In this document: positions 39,844-52,754 of the stretch, one piece after another
How the letters are laid out: each line of letters begins with the position of its first letter
How positions within the stretch are numbered: position 1 is the stretch's first letter
Source of the DNA: Antedon mediterranea
Taxonomy: Eukaryota > Animalia > Echinodermata
DNA: 64,000 nt
Assembly: GCF_964355755.1 (NCBI RefSeq)
Contig: NC_092680.1
Coordinates: 16,067,045 to 16,131,044, forward strand
Direction: 5' to 3'
The notes under the pieces: generated by a model
Told to the model about the DNA's origin: nothing
What the model saw: only the letters and a program-made list of their open reading frames with translations
The model's database searches: none
Made by a program: the position numbers and the translations under genes

Positions 39844-41207
39844 TTACATATCATTGTTTACAGTTGGAGTTTCCTCCGTTTTGTGATGTATCACAGCATC
39901 TTCGCTGAGCTGTGAGCTAATGTTGTAGACACCGTCGGTTGACTTTGTGTCCATCGGGGTGGAAGCAATGTTGTCCGTAGATTTCGCGTCTTCGTGTGTT
40001 ACTGTTCCTTCAACGTTATCAAGGTTACGTTTTTTGTCTTGTCTGATTGTATATGAAACACAGAGTAGAATCAGTGTTACAGCTACGATAATACAGAGAG
40101 CTACTATAATGATAATCACGGCTGTATCTAGTGACGAATCGTCGGTTTTTTGTCCTGTATATCACCGCCGTCGTCAGAATCAGGTGTTGTCGAATCTGGT
40201 AGCACCTCGTCTAATAAAACTAGTACTTGAGAAGCAGAGTTAGACATGTCTAATGCTATATAAGATGCTTCACATTCTACAGCAGTGTTATTATCTTCTT
40301 CTTTGATGTCAAATATGTGCAATATTTTATCATTTTCCTCTCTTGAAAAACGCTGTTCTACAAGAACATTAAGGCCTACTCTGGTCCATGAATAAGTCAT
40401 AGGCTGTTGGCCAATGGCGTCACAAATAAACGTAACATTTTCCCCTTCTGCAAATGTTCCAATTTGGATTAAGCGTACATCGGGTGGTTGAGGGAATGGA
40501 ACCACTTCACAGGTTGCCGATTGGAACTCAGTAGTTGCGTTGCAAGTAAACACCAAATTTTCATCAGATTCTTGAATAGTCAAACGTGTCAATGACCTGG
40601 TAGTTGGTGGGGAAAACCGTGATTGATCTATTATGCGAGATGGTGCTGACCATTTATAAGTTGGAACAGGCATCTGATCTCCATTCACAGAACACTGCAG
40701 ATTAACGACTTCTCCTGCTCTGGGTCGACTTCTCCGTCCAAAATAGTTTACGCCACATATTGGTAATAACAACACAGTAACCCTCGCCTTGGCTGTCATG
40801 CCGAAATCATCAAACTCTCCGTTGTTTCTAATATACCCGCAAATATACTCTCCCTGATCGATGACTTGCAAGTCAATCATTTGTAAGTTGAAAATGTAAA
40901 CCGAGTTGCCAGTTGCATCGATGTAATCTTGTGTAATTACACTGTACCGACTTCTCTTTCGAGGGTCTGTAGTAAAAATACTCAAACCTAATGTAAGGTA
41001 GGAACTTGAGTCCACGTGACGCCAAACAATGTTCTCTCCTGAAATGAGTTCTCTTACTCGGCATGAAAGCATAACTGTATCGTTAATATTTGCGACAATA
41101 TCACGCGGTCCTTCGTCTAGGATAACACCAAACGTTAACGGCGATAACGTGATTAGGCCCATTGCCAGTTGTGCAATAATATACACACACTTATTCATGT
41201 TTAACAT
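39844..41207 (-). pseudogene. Ig receptor copy B: A/C chimera with a +2 frameshift before the TM (pseudogene, or secreted 359-aa form 41207-40128)
   Basis: 5' 160 nt match copy A and the remainder is near-identical to copy C. CCTGTATATCACC (40154-40166) vs CCTGTATCACC in C; the TM and tail continue in another frame (40119-39844). Confidence 0.88.
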
Positions 41208-41284
41208 CTGTAGGCATGTGTTGATGTTTATAACGTGGTTTCTGTAGCATAAATGACTGGTTCTGTTTTGTTACCATTTGCAAT

Positions 41285-42927
41285 GGATGCTAGTCAAGTC
41301 GCCCCATCGCAAAGTCGCCCCATACAAAGTCGCCCCATACACAGTCGCCCCATCGCAAAGTCGCCCCAAAACAAAGTCGCCCTGACACAGTCGCCCCATT
41401 GCAAAGTCGCCCCATCGCAAAGTCGCCCCAACGCAAAGTCGCCCCATCGCAAAGTCGCCCCAACACAAAGTCGCCCCATCGCAAAGTCGCCCCAAAACGT
41501 TAAAAAATGGTTTAAAAGTGCGTAAAATGTCGCAATGATACACAAAATAACACGGAACGTGTAGGCATAAAAGGGGAAGCCCCGCCATGTAGTCTCAGGT
41601 CACACGATCGGCACGCTCCCCAATAATCAGAGAGGAAGCCCCCAACTAATCACTCCGCGGTCGCACTAACGTGCTAGCTCTCACCAGAGGGAAACCCCGT
41701 AATTACTCCGCCGTTGTCGCACTACAACGCACCATCTGAAGATGGGGAAACCCCGTCGGAGTTTTACGCTGATATCAGTCGCGTTCGAAATCGGTGGTGT
41801 TTAATTTTGGTCGCGATAAAATGATGTTATACGATCTAGATTATTTTTACTTTGGTCGATGAATATTTATTATTATTAGGCCTATATTAATAATTGATTT
41901 TTGTATTTATAACGTAAATGATGACGTGCATGTGTATTCGTCGTACGTCCGTGTACGTATTATTCCGTGCCTCTTCACTGTCTTGTTTATTAAAATTAAA
42001 TAAACACCCGATATGAGGATATTTATTAGGCATGATAATTAGAATGTTCTATAACCAAAAGGGTTGAAAAGAATTTCTTCAGTAAAATGATCATTCTGCT
42101 GTTGAATAAAAAGCGACTCGCAATCTGAACATTCTCTGAAACCAATCGGAGCTGCTCCTTCTGGTATCTGTTTCCTTCTCACAGCTGCTACGTCTTTCTG
42201 CTGCCCGTCGGGGATTCCCCTTTTTAAAAAACACGCACACGATAATCATACTGTACGATGGTTTTTCCATGGTCAAAATGTAGCGTTTTAATTTTACTAA
42301 TATACCTGCATGTGTAAAACGATCATATCGGCGAAGAAATCCCCTTTTTTTTATTTCTTTATTTTGAAAAGTCATAATTAAAATTAAATAACTATAGGCA
42401 CATAACTTGTCAATAAATGCAAAATCATCAATAAGTAGCCTATAAAACATTTATTGTCTTACAACGCTGTTATTGTTTTAACTACTGTAAATATACGAAG
42501 GCCTACTATTTATACACTTATTATATTATCCTAAAAAATGAGCTGGTATCCACGCGTAGGTTGAAGAAAGATTCGTAATTGTGGCTCTGGTAATTTTAAA
42601 ATCATATTAAATTAACATTTTCGAAACTATAAATCAGGGATAATCTTTTCGAACTCTTTTTAGAACTTTCAAACAAGGGACTATTTTTTAATGATTTTTA
42701 AAAAGCACATCACTCCATTAGGCCTAAAACCTGTAAAATAAAAATTAAAACACAAATTATGTATAGGCCTATAATAGGATAAACATTATAATGTATACGA
42801 CATTTAGCGCGACCAAAGTAACAACGCAATCGATATCAAACGCAACCGCTATATGATTAAAACAGCGTAGGCCTACTACTAGCGGCGGCACTTCCGAAAT
42901 AAAACTGTGGGCGACTTTACGATGGGG
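41285..42927. mobile_element. Non-autonomous TIR element with (AAAGTCGCCCCATCGC)n subterminal repeats (Mutator-like), right end truncated, inserted about 77 bp upstream of the copy B ATG
   Basis: About 12 16-bp repeats at 41296-41493 and an inverted remnant GGGCGACTTTACGATGGGG at 42908-42927. Absent from the homologous site upstream of copy A (about 39170). Confidence 0.75.
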
Positions 42928-43940
42928 AGACGCTTAGCTGACGTTACGAGTACAAAGAACATGGATTATAGAAAGGGTTACGTCACTTAACCTTACCCGC
43001 AATGAAATCCAACCAACTAGACCGTGGGCTGATGCTCAAAATTGTGACTTGTCGTGGTGCCACCCCTGGCAGCTACCAAGTTTTTATATATAAAGTTGTA
43101 AAATAAAATTTAAAACATAAAACACCAACTCGCCATCGTCTTAAATAAACAGTTTTAATAAAAAACGATAAATTACGAAGAAAAATCAACAGTTAAATAC
43201 CAACGGTTGGACCAATCACAATTAACCTCTCATATGTGAGAAACAATCTCATCCAATGAGAAACGTTTTAACACAGCCGTGTGGCTCGGTTCATCGCGTC
43301 AATACAGAAACATGGCTGCGTCGGATGATAAACAAACGTTTTTAGAGGAAGAAGATGAGGAAAATACTCCAGATTATTGCTGTATGCACGTATCAAATTC
43401 CAAAGAAAAACTAATAAAATTAACTGGGAAAGGTTATGCGAAATTCAAAGAAATTCAAAGAATGCTGCTCACGTTGGAAGGTTCTGAATTGCCCTGAAAA
43501 GTAAAATTGCATCATCCTTCGTGTTAATTCGAAGAATATGAGGCCACTAACACTACTCCTAGTAGTAGTGAGCTATATTTCCTATACCATCCTGGCTAGT
43601 TGAGAATTCTCAACTATTTTATGTTTTTTTCTACCTTTCTGGAAAATGATATAATCCAAATTGTATTAATACTACCAGTAGTAAATATTTAGAAACACTT
43701 CCATACCTTCACTAATTTTAGTTGTTTGTAGTTTAAGACAATCTTAGTGATATTTAAATGAAAACAATACGATAAAAACTATTGTGTCTGTATTTTACAA
43801 GACTATGACTTCCGTATAACGTGCATTGTGGGTACTTAAATTTTTATAGAAAAGCTAGGGAATCCTAATTTAGTAGGCAGCATATGGGGGCGGGGCAACC
43901 AAACTTGCTCATCAAATCAAAGCACAGTAAAGCAAAGGAT

Positions 43941-45500
43941 AACATTAATGTACGATCCAGTTTACCACTGTTCTCAACTATAGTAATTTTGGTATACTTG
44001 AGCACAGTGATAAGAATAGGATAAACTTAACAATATACAACAAATAATGTACGATCCCGTTTAACACTGTTCTCAACTATAGTCATTTTGGTATACTTGA
44101 GCACAGTGATAAGAATAGGATAAACTTAACAATATACAACAAATAACATTAATGTACGATCCCGTTTAACACTGTTCTCAACTATAGTCATTTTGGTATA
44201 GGCCTACTTGAGCACAGTGATAAAGAATAGGATAAACTTAACAATATACAACAAATAACATTAATGTACGATCCCGTTTAACACTGTTCTCAACTATAGT
44301 CATTTCGGTATACTTGAGCACAGTAGTAAAGAATAGGATAAACTTAACAATATACAACAAATAACATTAATGTACGATCCAGTTTAACACTGTTCTCGAC
44401 TATAGTCATGTTGGTATACTTGAGCAGCACAGTGATAAAGAATAGGATAAACTTAACAATATACAACAAATAACATTAATGTACGATCCAGTTTAACACT
44501 GTTCTCGACTATAGTCATTTTGGTATACTTGAGCACAGTGATAAAGAATAGGATAATAATATACAACAAATAACATTAATGTACGATCCAGTTTAACACT
44601 GTTCTCAACTATAGTCATTTTGGTATAATTGAGCACAGTGATAAAGAATAGGATAAACTTAACAATATACAACAAATAACATCAATGTACGATCCCGTTT
44701 AACACTATTCTCGACTATAGTCATTTTGGTATACTTGAGCACAGTGATAAAGAATAGGATAAACTTAACAATATACAACAAAAAACATCAATGTACGATC
44801 CCGTTTAACACTGTTCCTCAACTATAGTCATTTTGGTATACTTGAGCACAGTGATAAGAATAGGATAAACTTAACAATATACAACAAATAACATTAATGT
44901 ACGATCCTGTTTAACACTGTTCTCAACTATAGTCATTTTGGTATACTTGAGCACAGTGATAAGAATAGGATAAACTTAACAATATACAACAAATAACATT
45001 AATGTACGATCCCGTTTAACACTGTTCTCAACTATAGTCATTTTGGTATACTTGAGCACAGTGATAAAGAATAGGATAAACTTAACAATATACAACAAAT
45101 AACATTAATGTACGATCCCGTTTAACACTGTTCTCAACTATAGTCATTTTGGTATACTTGAGCACAGTAATAAAGAATAGGATAAAGTTAACAATATACA
45201 ACAAATAACATTAATGTACGATCCCGTTTAACACTGTTCTCAACTATAGTCATTTTGGTATACTTGAGCACAGTGATAAGAATAGGATAAACTTAACAAT
45301 ATACAACAAATAACATTAATGTATGATCCCGTTTAACACTGTTCTCAACTATAGTCATTTTGGTATACTTGAGCACAGTGATAAAGAATAGGATAAACTT
45401 AACAATATATAACAAATAACATTAATGTACGATCCCGTTTAATACTGTTATAAACTATAGTCATTTGAGTATAATTAATCACAGATAAAGAATAAGATCA
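43941..45500 (+). repeat. Tandem array of a 106-bp unit (about 14.5 copies)
   Basis: Unit AACATTAATGTACGATCCCGTTTAACACTGTTCTCAACTATAGTCATTTTGGTATACTTGAGCACAGTGATAAAGAATAGGATAAACTTAACAATATACAACAAAT. Confidence 0.95.
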
Positions 45501-45899
45501 ACTTTAATACTATTTATTAAATAAAAAAAATAATTCTATATTAACACACATTATTTACATATACTTTCACTGCTGATTTCTGGTATAAACAGGACATAGG
45601 CCTATACATGGCTGCAGTCGCGTGCTCAAATTTGAGTTGGTGTTTACCGACCGACCGACCGACAGAGTGAGCTGTAGAGTCGCGTTTGCACGCTACTAAA
45701 AAGTTCACAAAAATCGTAGGACGGGCACAGGGGAGTTTGTTCGAAACTCCAACCCCTCCCCTGGCTATGCGTTTAGATTTTTTATGCCTCCTTTACAAAC
45801 CAAGATTATTAGAATACTATTAGGAGGATCAAACACAATTCTTGTTGCCAGATTTCATTGACATTACAGGTATGAAGTCTATCAATATACCGCTTAATA

Positions 45900-47185
45900 C
45901 AATACTTGTTGAGGCCATATCCATCTATACATTTTAGTGTTATTCCACTTTAAAAAAGTCGATTTATATCAATACTCATCAACATACGATATAACGATAG
46001 AATTTATTGCAACTTGTCCATATCATATTCATCTACAAATAAAGTGTCTATTACCGTACTTTTAAAAATCTATTTATATCAATACCCATCAACGTATGTA
46101 CGTGTGCATATTATATATACAAAAATATATACATCAACATAAATGTCATATCATCTACAGTCATTAGTGTTATTTCACTTTTAATATTAGTAAATCCAAA
46201 GGCAAAATACTGAAATAATAACAATGCTGTGGTCTCAATGGAGACACAAAAAAAGAAGCAAAAAGCTAAATCAAAACGATAAAGTAAAACAGCCAGAAAA
46301 GTTAGCAGAGTTTTCGGGCAACACTCGCCCTTCATCAGTGCAAGTGAGGGTACTTGGACAAGATAGTGTTATTTAACGTTTAGTCGATTTATATCAATAT
46401 ACTCATCAACATATGTACGTGCAATTCATGTCTACAATCAATAGTGTTAATTCCACTTTTAAAAGTCGATTTATATCAATATACTCATCAACATATGTAC
46501 GTGTCCACGTCATATTCATCTATAAATATTAGTGTTATTTCACTTTTAGAAGATTTATCAATATACTCATCAATAAATGTATTTGTCCACGTCATATTCA
46601 TTTACAAATCAGTGTTATTTCACGTTTCGAAGTCAATTATATCAATAGGCCTATAGGCCTACTCATCAACATATGTACATGCAATTCACGTCATATTCAT
46701 ATATGATCAATAATGTACAACTAATAGTGTTATTTCACTTTTAAAAGTCGATTTATATCAATATAGGCCTACTCAACAATAAATGTTCATAAATAAAATA
46801 TTCATCTACAATCAATAGTGTTATTTCACTTTTAAAAGTCGATTTATATCAATATATACTCATCAACATTATGTACCGTACGTGTCCACGTCATATTCAT
46901 CTACAAATATTAGTGTTATTTCACTTTTAAAAGTCGATTTATATCAATACTCATCAATATATGTACGTGTCCACGTCATATTCATCTACAAATATTAGTG
47001 TTATTTCAATTTTAAAGGCGATTTATATCAATATACTATACTCATCAACATAATGTACGTGCAATTCACGTCATATTTATCTACAATCATTGGTGTTAAT
47101 TCCACTTTTAAAGTCGATTTATATCAATTACTTATGAACATGTACGTGTCCGCGTCATATTCATCTAAAAATATTATAGTGTTAT
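45900..47185 (+). repeat. Diverged tandem array of an approximately 85-bp unit, interrupted at about 46190-46360
   Basis: Unit AGTGTTATTTCACTTTTAAAAGTCGATTTATATCAATACTCATCAACATATGTACGTGTCCACGTCATATTCATCTACAAATATT. Confidence 0.9.
46305..46345 (-). ncRNA. Degenerate minimal hammerhead ribozyme motif in a Penelope-like terminal fragment
   Basis: Minus strand: GCA-CUGAUGA-A-GGGCGA gug UUGCCC-GAAA-ACUC-UGC. A sister copy at 48060-48190 has AGCUCUGC at the equivalent position. Confidence 0.55.
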
Positions 47186-47199
47186 TATGTTTTTCATAT

Positions 47200-49920
47200 T
47201 ATCACTGTGCTCAAGTATATGAAAATGACTATAGTTGAGAACAGTGTTAAACGGGATCGTACATTGATGTTATTTGTTGTATATTGTTAAGTTTATCCTA
47301 TTCTTTACCACTGTGCTCAAGTATACCAAAATGACTATAGTTGAGAACAGCGTTAAACGGGATCGTACATTAATGTTATTTGTTGTATATTGTTAAGTCA
47401 ATTCAATTCAACGTAAACATTTATTTTCTTTCTTTCAATCAATAATAAAACAAATGAATAAGGTATTAAAAAAAAGTAAGTACGAGTTACAAATAATACA
47501 TTTCATTAATATAATATATAAACACGACAGGCAAAGAACATTAGTTCTAAACCGCCCGGTGATATACTGAAATTTTAATTAATTAATTTGAAACGATAAA
47601 GATGAGGAAATATAATATAAATATATAGCCTATATAGACTATTTTTAGTTACACACATATATAAACATACATATTCATATATATAAACAGATCAGGCAAA
47701 GAACATTAACATTAATTTAATTATTTTATTTATTTATATATATATGTATATATGTACACACACACATATATATATATGAATATATATATATATATATATA
47801 CATACACATACACACATATACATATATACATACATACATACACACAAATTCATCAGACAATAAACATTAATTCTAAACAGCCCGGCGATATACTGAAATG
47901 TTAATTAATTAATTTGAAACGATAAAGATGAGGAAATATAATATAAATATATAGCCTATATAGACTATTTTCAGTTACATATATATATAAATATACAATA
48001 TTTATATATAAACAAATCAGGCAAAGAACATATAAATATATATATACAAATATATATAAATCCAAAGGCAAATTACTGAAAAAAATGACAATGCTGTGGG
48101 TATCAGTGGCTGGATCTCAATGGAGATACAAAAAAAGCGAAAAACTAAATCAAAACGATAAAGTAAACAGCCAGAAAAGTAAGCAGAGCTATATACATAC
48201 ACACACACACATACATATATACAAATCAATTGTGTTGCATAGCACTGTGTAAATTATATATAAATAAATAAATAATTTAATTTTTTTTTAAATATTGATA
48301 ACTTCAAATAATACCTTATATAAAAAGAACAGCAACATGTGGAAAAAAAGATGGCAATCCATGAAAGGCAAGCCTGTGATGTGGAAGCCCACACAATGAA
48401 GTAATAAATAAGTTAGACAGAACAACAAACACACAGGTACAGAACAAACTTACAGGACACGAATCACAACACAAACAGAACATGCACAGACACACCCGAA
48501 CACACATCACCAGGGGAAAACATTAATATTTAGAAATGAGGAAAGATTTGAATGTTTTATTGAATAAAAATTTAGTCTATCCTATTCTTTATCACTGTGC
48601 TCAACAAGTATACCAAAATTACTATAGTCGAGAACAGTGTTAAACGGGATCGTACATTGATGTTATTTGTTGTATATTGGTAAGTTTATCCTCTTTATCA
48701 CTGTGCTCAAGTATACCAAAATGACTATAGTTGAGAACAGTGTTAAACGGGATCGTGTACATTAATGTTATTTGTTGTATATTGTGCTCAAGTATACCAA
48801 AATGACTATAGTTGAGAACAGTGGTAAACGGGATCGTACATTAATGTTATTTGTTGTATATTGTTAAGTTTATCCTATTCTTTATCACTGTGCTCAAGTA
48901 TACCAAAATGACTATAGTTGAGAACAGTGTTAAACTGGATCGTACATTAATGTTATTTGTTGTATATTGTTAAGATTGTCCTATTCTTTATCACTGTGCT
49001 CAAGTATACCAAAATGACTATAGTTGATAACAGTGTTAAATGGAATCGTGTCGTACATTAATGTTTTTTTATGTATATTATTAAGTTTATCCTATTCTTT
49101 ATCACTGTGCTCAAGTATACCAAAATGACTATAGTTGAGAACAGTGTTAAACGGGATCGTACATTAATGTTATTTGTTTATATTGTTAAGTTTATCCTAT
49201 TCTTTATCACTGTGTTCAAGTATACCAAAATTATAGTTGAGAACAGTGTTAAACGGGATCGTACATTAATGTTATTTGTTGTATATTGTTAAGTTTATCC
49301 TATTCTTTATCACTGTGCTCAAGTATACCAAAATTATTATAGTTGAGAACAGTGTTAAACGGGATCATACATTAATGTTATTTGTTGTATATTGTTAAGT
49401 TTATCCTATTCTTTATTACTGTGCTCTAGTATACCAAAATGACTATAGTTGAGAACAGTGTTCAACGGGATCGTACATTGATGTTATTTGTTGTATATTG
49501 TTAAGTTTATCCTATTCTTTATCACTGTGCTCAAGTATACCAAAATGACTATAGTTGAGAACAGTGTTAAACGAGATCATACATTAATGTTATTTGTTGT
49601 ATATTGTTAAGTTTATCCTATTCTTTATCACTGTGCTCAAGTATACAAAAATTACTATAGTTGAGAACAGTGTTAAACGGGATCGTACATTGATTGTTGT
49701 ATATTGTTAAGTTTATCCTATTCTTTATCACTGTGCTCAAGTACACCAAAATGGCTATAGTTGAGAACAGTGTTGAACGGGATCGTACATTAATGTTATT
49801 TGTTGTATATTGTTAAGTTTATCCTATTCTTTATCAATGCGCTCAAGTATACCAAAATGACTATAGTTGAGAACAGTGTTAAACTACATTGTTCATTAAA
49901 GTTATTTGTTGTATATTGTT
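47200..49920 (-). repeat. Inverted arrays of the same 106-bp unit (47200-47398, about 2 copies; 48580-49920, about 12.5 copies), split by a 1.2-kb repeat/microsatellite insertion
   Basis: Reverse complement of the 43941-45500 unit. Confidence 0.93.
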
Positions 49921-52754
49921 AAGTGTATTCTTTACTCTTATTAATTGTACTAAATTATTAAAAGAAACAGTAGTAAGCATAACATTTCCCCACTCCTACA
50001 TTAGCATGGTAGGACATTGTAATGGTCGCAGGTGGCTCAACTTAATTACTGCAATGGGATGGACATGGTCCTACTACCAACTTACCATCCAATAGGATTC
50101 CAGTAAATTTCCTTTACTACCAATCAGAATTCAGTAATTAAATGACCATTTAAGTTAACAAGGAAATCAGCCTATCCCATTATACCGGTAGGCTTCGTCG
50201 TACAGACGTACTGCGGTAATAGTTGAGAATTCTCAACTAGCCAATTTGGTATATTTTATATACCTGTAGTAGTACTACCGCCGACGAAGACGAAGAAGGA
50301 CCGTCTACTAGCACTGCTAGTTTGACGTCTAGGTCAAGAAAAAGGTTAGAATTTTCTTTGTCTGTATTTTAAAACTATGCTAGATTGTTCGCTTATAGCT
50401 TTATATCGATTTATACGCTAGTGTAGCTAGCTAAAGCAAATTAACGCCGATCGAAAGCGAGGCAAGAAGGCTATGCTTGCCTCTACTTTAGAGGGCCTAG
50501 CCTAGGCTAGGTCTAGGCTAGGCGAAGTTTCTAGCTAGAATTCCGAATCGGAGCCTAGGGCCTTAGACTATGAATTCCGATTGTAATGTCCGATTCTTTT
50601 GGTATTGTCAACTGTCTACACACTAGATATTCAAATAACACAGTGTTGTTACATTGTTTTTTTGTAGGAATAAAAGTGGTGGGATTCCTGGATACCACAC
50701 TGAGTGTTATTCCAACTTCTGCAATATTACTAAGATTAAACGAGCTGAAGCACGGGACTTAAAGTGGAAAGGTAAGTTTCAGAATATATAATAATATTAA
50801 TAATAATGTCAAGCACCTATTGCCAAGGCATCTAAGCGAATAAAAATGAAAGGAAAAGAAAATATCTGTGAAAAGTATAACTGTACTCAACTGGTAAAAT
50901 GTGTTCATTCATCGGCAACTTGCCTTTATTATTCCTAAATTCATCCTTTAGTTTCATTCCTACTCCTTTAACTGTCATTGTAATTTAGTATCTGGTCACA
51001 TAGACACTGTAGCAATAAATATTAATTATTGAACACTATTCTTTCAAAGCACAAGAAGTTTTGGAACCTAGTCCAAATGTTGAGGAAATTGCAGGTGATG
51101 AACACAACACAGCACAAGCTTCCAAGATTCTTTTGCGATCTATGATGCCTGAAGACCGTCCACGTGTTGATCGTGCACATGTGTTGCCACCGATATGTAT
51201 TATTTGTAAGCGTGTACAATATGCAACTAACAACATTTCAAGAAAGCGCAGAGTGGAGAAGTTGGTGCAGTGTGAGACCATTGATGGAGGATGTTTAAAA
51301 ACAGCAGAAACGCTAAAAAAGGATCAAGAAATGCTGTTAAAAATCCACGATAAAGATTTGGTAGCTATTGAAGCTAAGTATCACCGATCGTGCTACTTAA
51401 AATACACAAGAGTATGTAGACGCTACAGTCGAACTGAAAACCCAGAAGTGGATCTGTACTGTCAATCTGTTATTGAGCAGATAATCATTAAAGATAACCA
51501 AATTTCATTATTTGCCAAATAGAATATCCTGTAATAATATATGCAATATCCAAGTCAAATTTATTAATTTTGTGATAATTGTAACTTGGTATATAGTATT
51601 TATGTTACCAAGTCTCTAATAAATGTGATGAGTATATAAATAAAGGTTGTCTATAGTATTTTACAATTATTATACACAATACATTGACATAAAAATCATC
51701 TTTATGTTTGTTCTTTAAAATTGATATAAAATAATCCTTTTCAATCACGTTTCCACTCAATTTTATAATTTATAACGTTTTGATACAAAATCAACAACTT
51801 CCAATGTAATATAATACAGTATCTGTGGTACTGCTATGTCTTACTACTGTATTACTATACAGACAGGTACAGTATTGTGAGCTTATTTAATTTATAAAAA
51901 TGCGCCCTCTATTGGCAAACATAGATATTGTATAATGCAAAAGAATAGGGAGTTTTACATTTTGGCAATAGAGGGCGCATGTTTTTAATTAATAATCTTA
52001 AAATCGTTCTAATTAATTAATGTGCAACTTTTTTCACTGGCGAGTTTGGTTTTTATGATATGATATATGTGTAGAACAATTCTACAAAAGATGAGGTATC
52101 TGCCAGAGGGTCACCACGAAACTCAAAAACTAAGCCACTTTTCAGTGTTCAGCCCACGGCCTAAACGACAAATAACATATTTTATAACTATCATCACTTT
52201 TTGGATTAACAACTTTCAATCGATTGATATACAACAACATGGCATACATAGGCCTTTGTTAATGGTTATTAACCGTGATTACATTTTTTTTGTATTAAAT
52301 TACATTAAGTTCGGATCTTCAGGATGAGCTAAATAATGTGTTACATTGAAATCTAATTATGATAAATTGTTGTTTCCCTATATTTTAAACTGTTTACTAG
52401 ACACAATGTAATACAGAGTAGGATTATTATTATTTAGCCTCATAGAAATAACAAGTGACAGTACAGTAGGTGTCATAAGTCAGTAAATGTAACACCCGAT
52501 TCTGCTACTGTCAATAGGTATGTAGGCTATCTGTATAACAATCAGCAAGTGTATGCTGTCTGCATAAATGCTGTACTTTTAACATACATATATTATAGAG
52601 TATTATCTATGAAACAAGTAGAGTAAAATATCAATGTATCTCGATTGAGTTTGTTGGTCGTTTTGTCCGTACATTTTACACAATGTATTTAAGTATTTCA
52701 AATTGACTATAGTTAAGTTAACTAATGTAAAATAAATTATATTAGATTCTGAAT

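Larger units (their letters stand above)
43583..50253. mobile_element. 6.7-kb foldback-like insertion inside the Academ ORF
   Basis: Inverted ends TATACCA...TGGCTAGTTGAGAATTCTCAACTATT containing a perfect 20-bp palindrome (43597-43616, 50220-50239). No clear TSD. Confidence 0.65.
43018..52163 (+). mobile_element. Academ-family DNA transposon (9.1 kb, catalytic core deleted, nested insertions)
   Basis: Termini TAGACCGTGGGCTGA / TCAGCCCACGGCCTA with 3-bp TSD AAC; empty site CCAACCAACGAC at about 39258-39269. Coding remnants at 43312-43575, 50668-50771 (GYHTECYSNFC) and 51061-51522 (CIICK...DLVAIEAKYHRSCY), typical of the Academ N-terminal region. Confidence 0.85.

Noticed and set aside
41253-41588. 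Repetitive ORFs (WGDFAMGRLCDGAT..., QSRPI...)
   Set aside because: Translations of 16-bp subterminal transposon repeats, open in several frames on both strands.
43941-49920. Regular repeat arrays as a CRISPR locus
   Set aside because: The units are full-length tandem copies with no unique spacers, there are no cas genes, and the context is eukaryotic.
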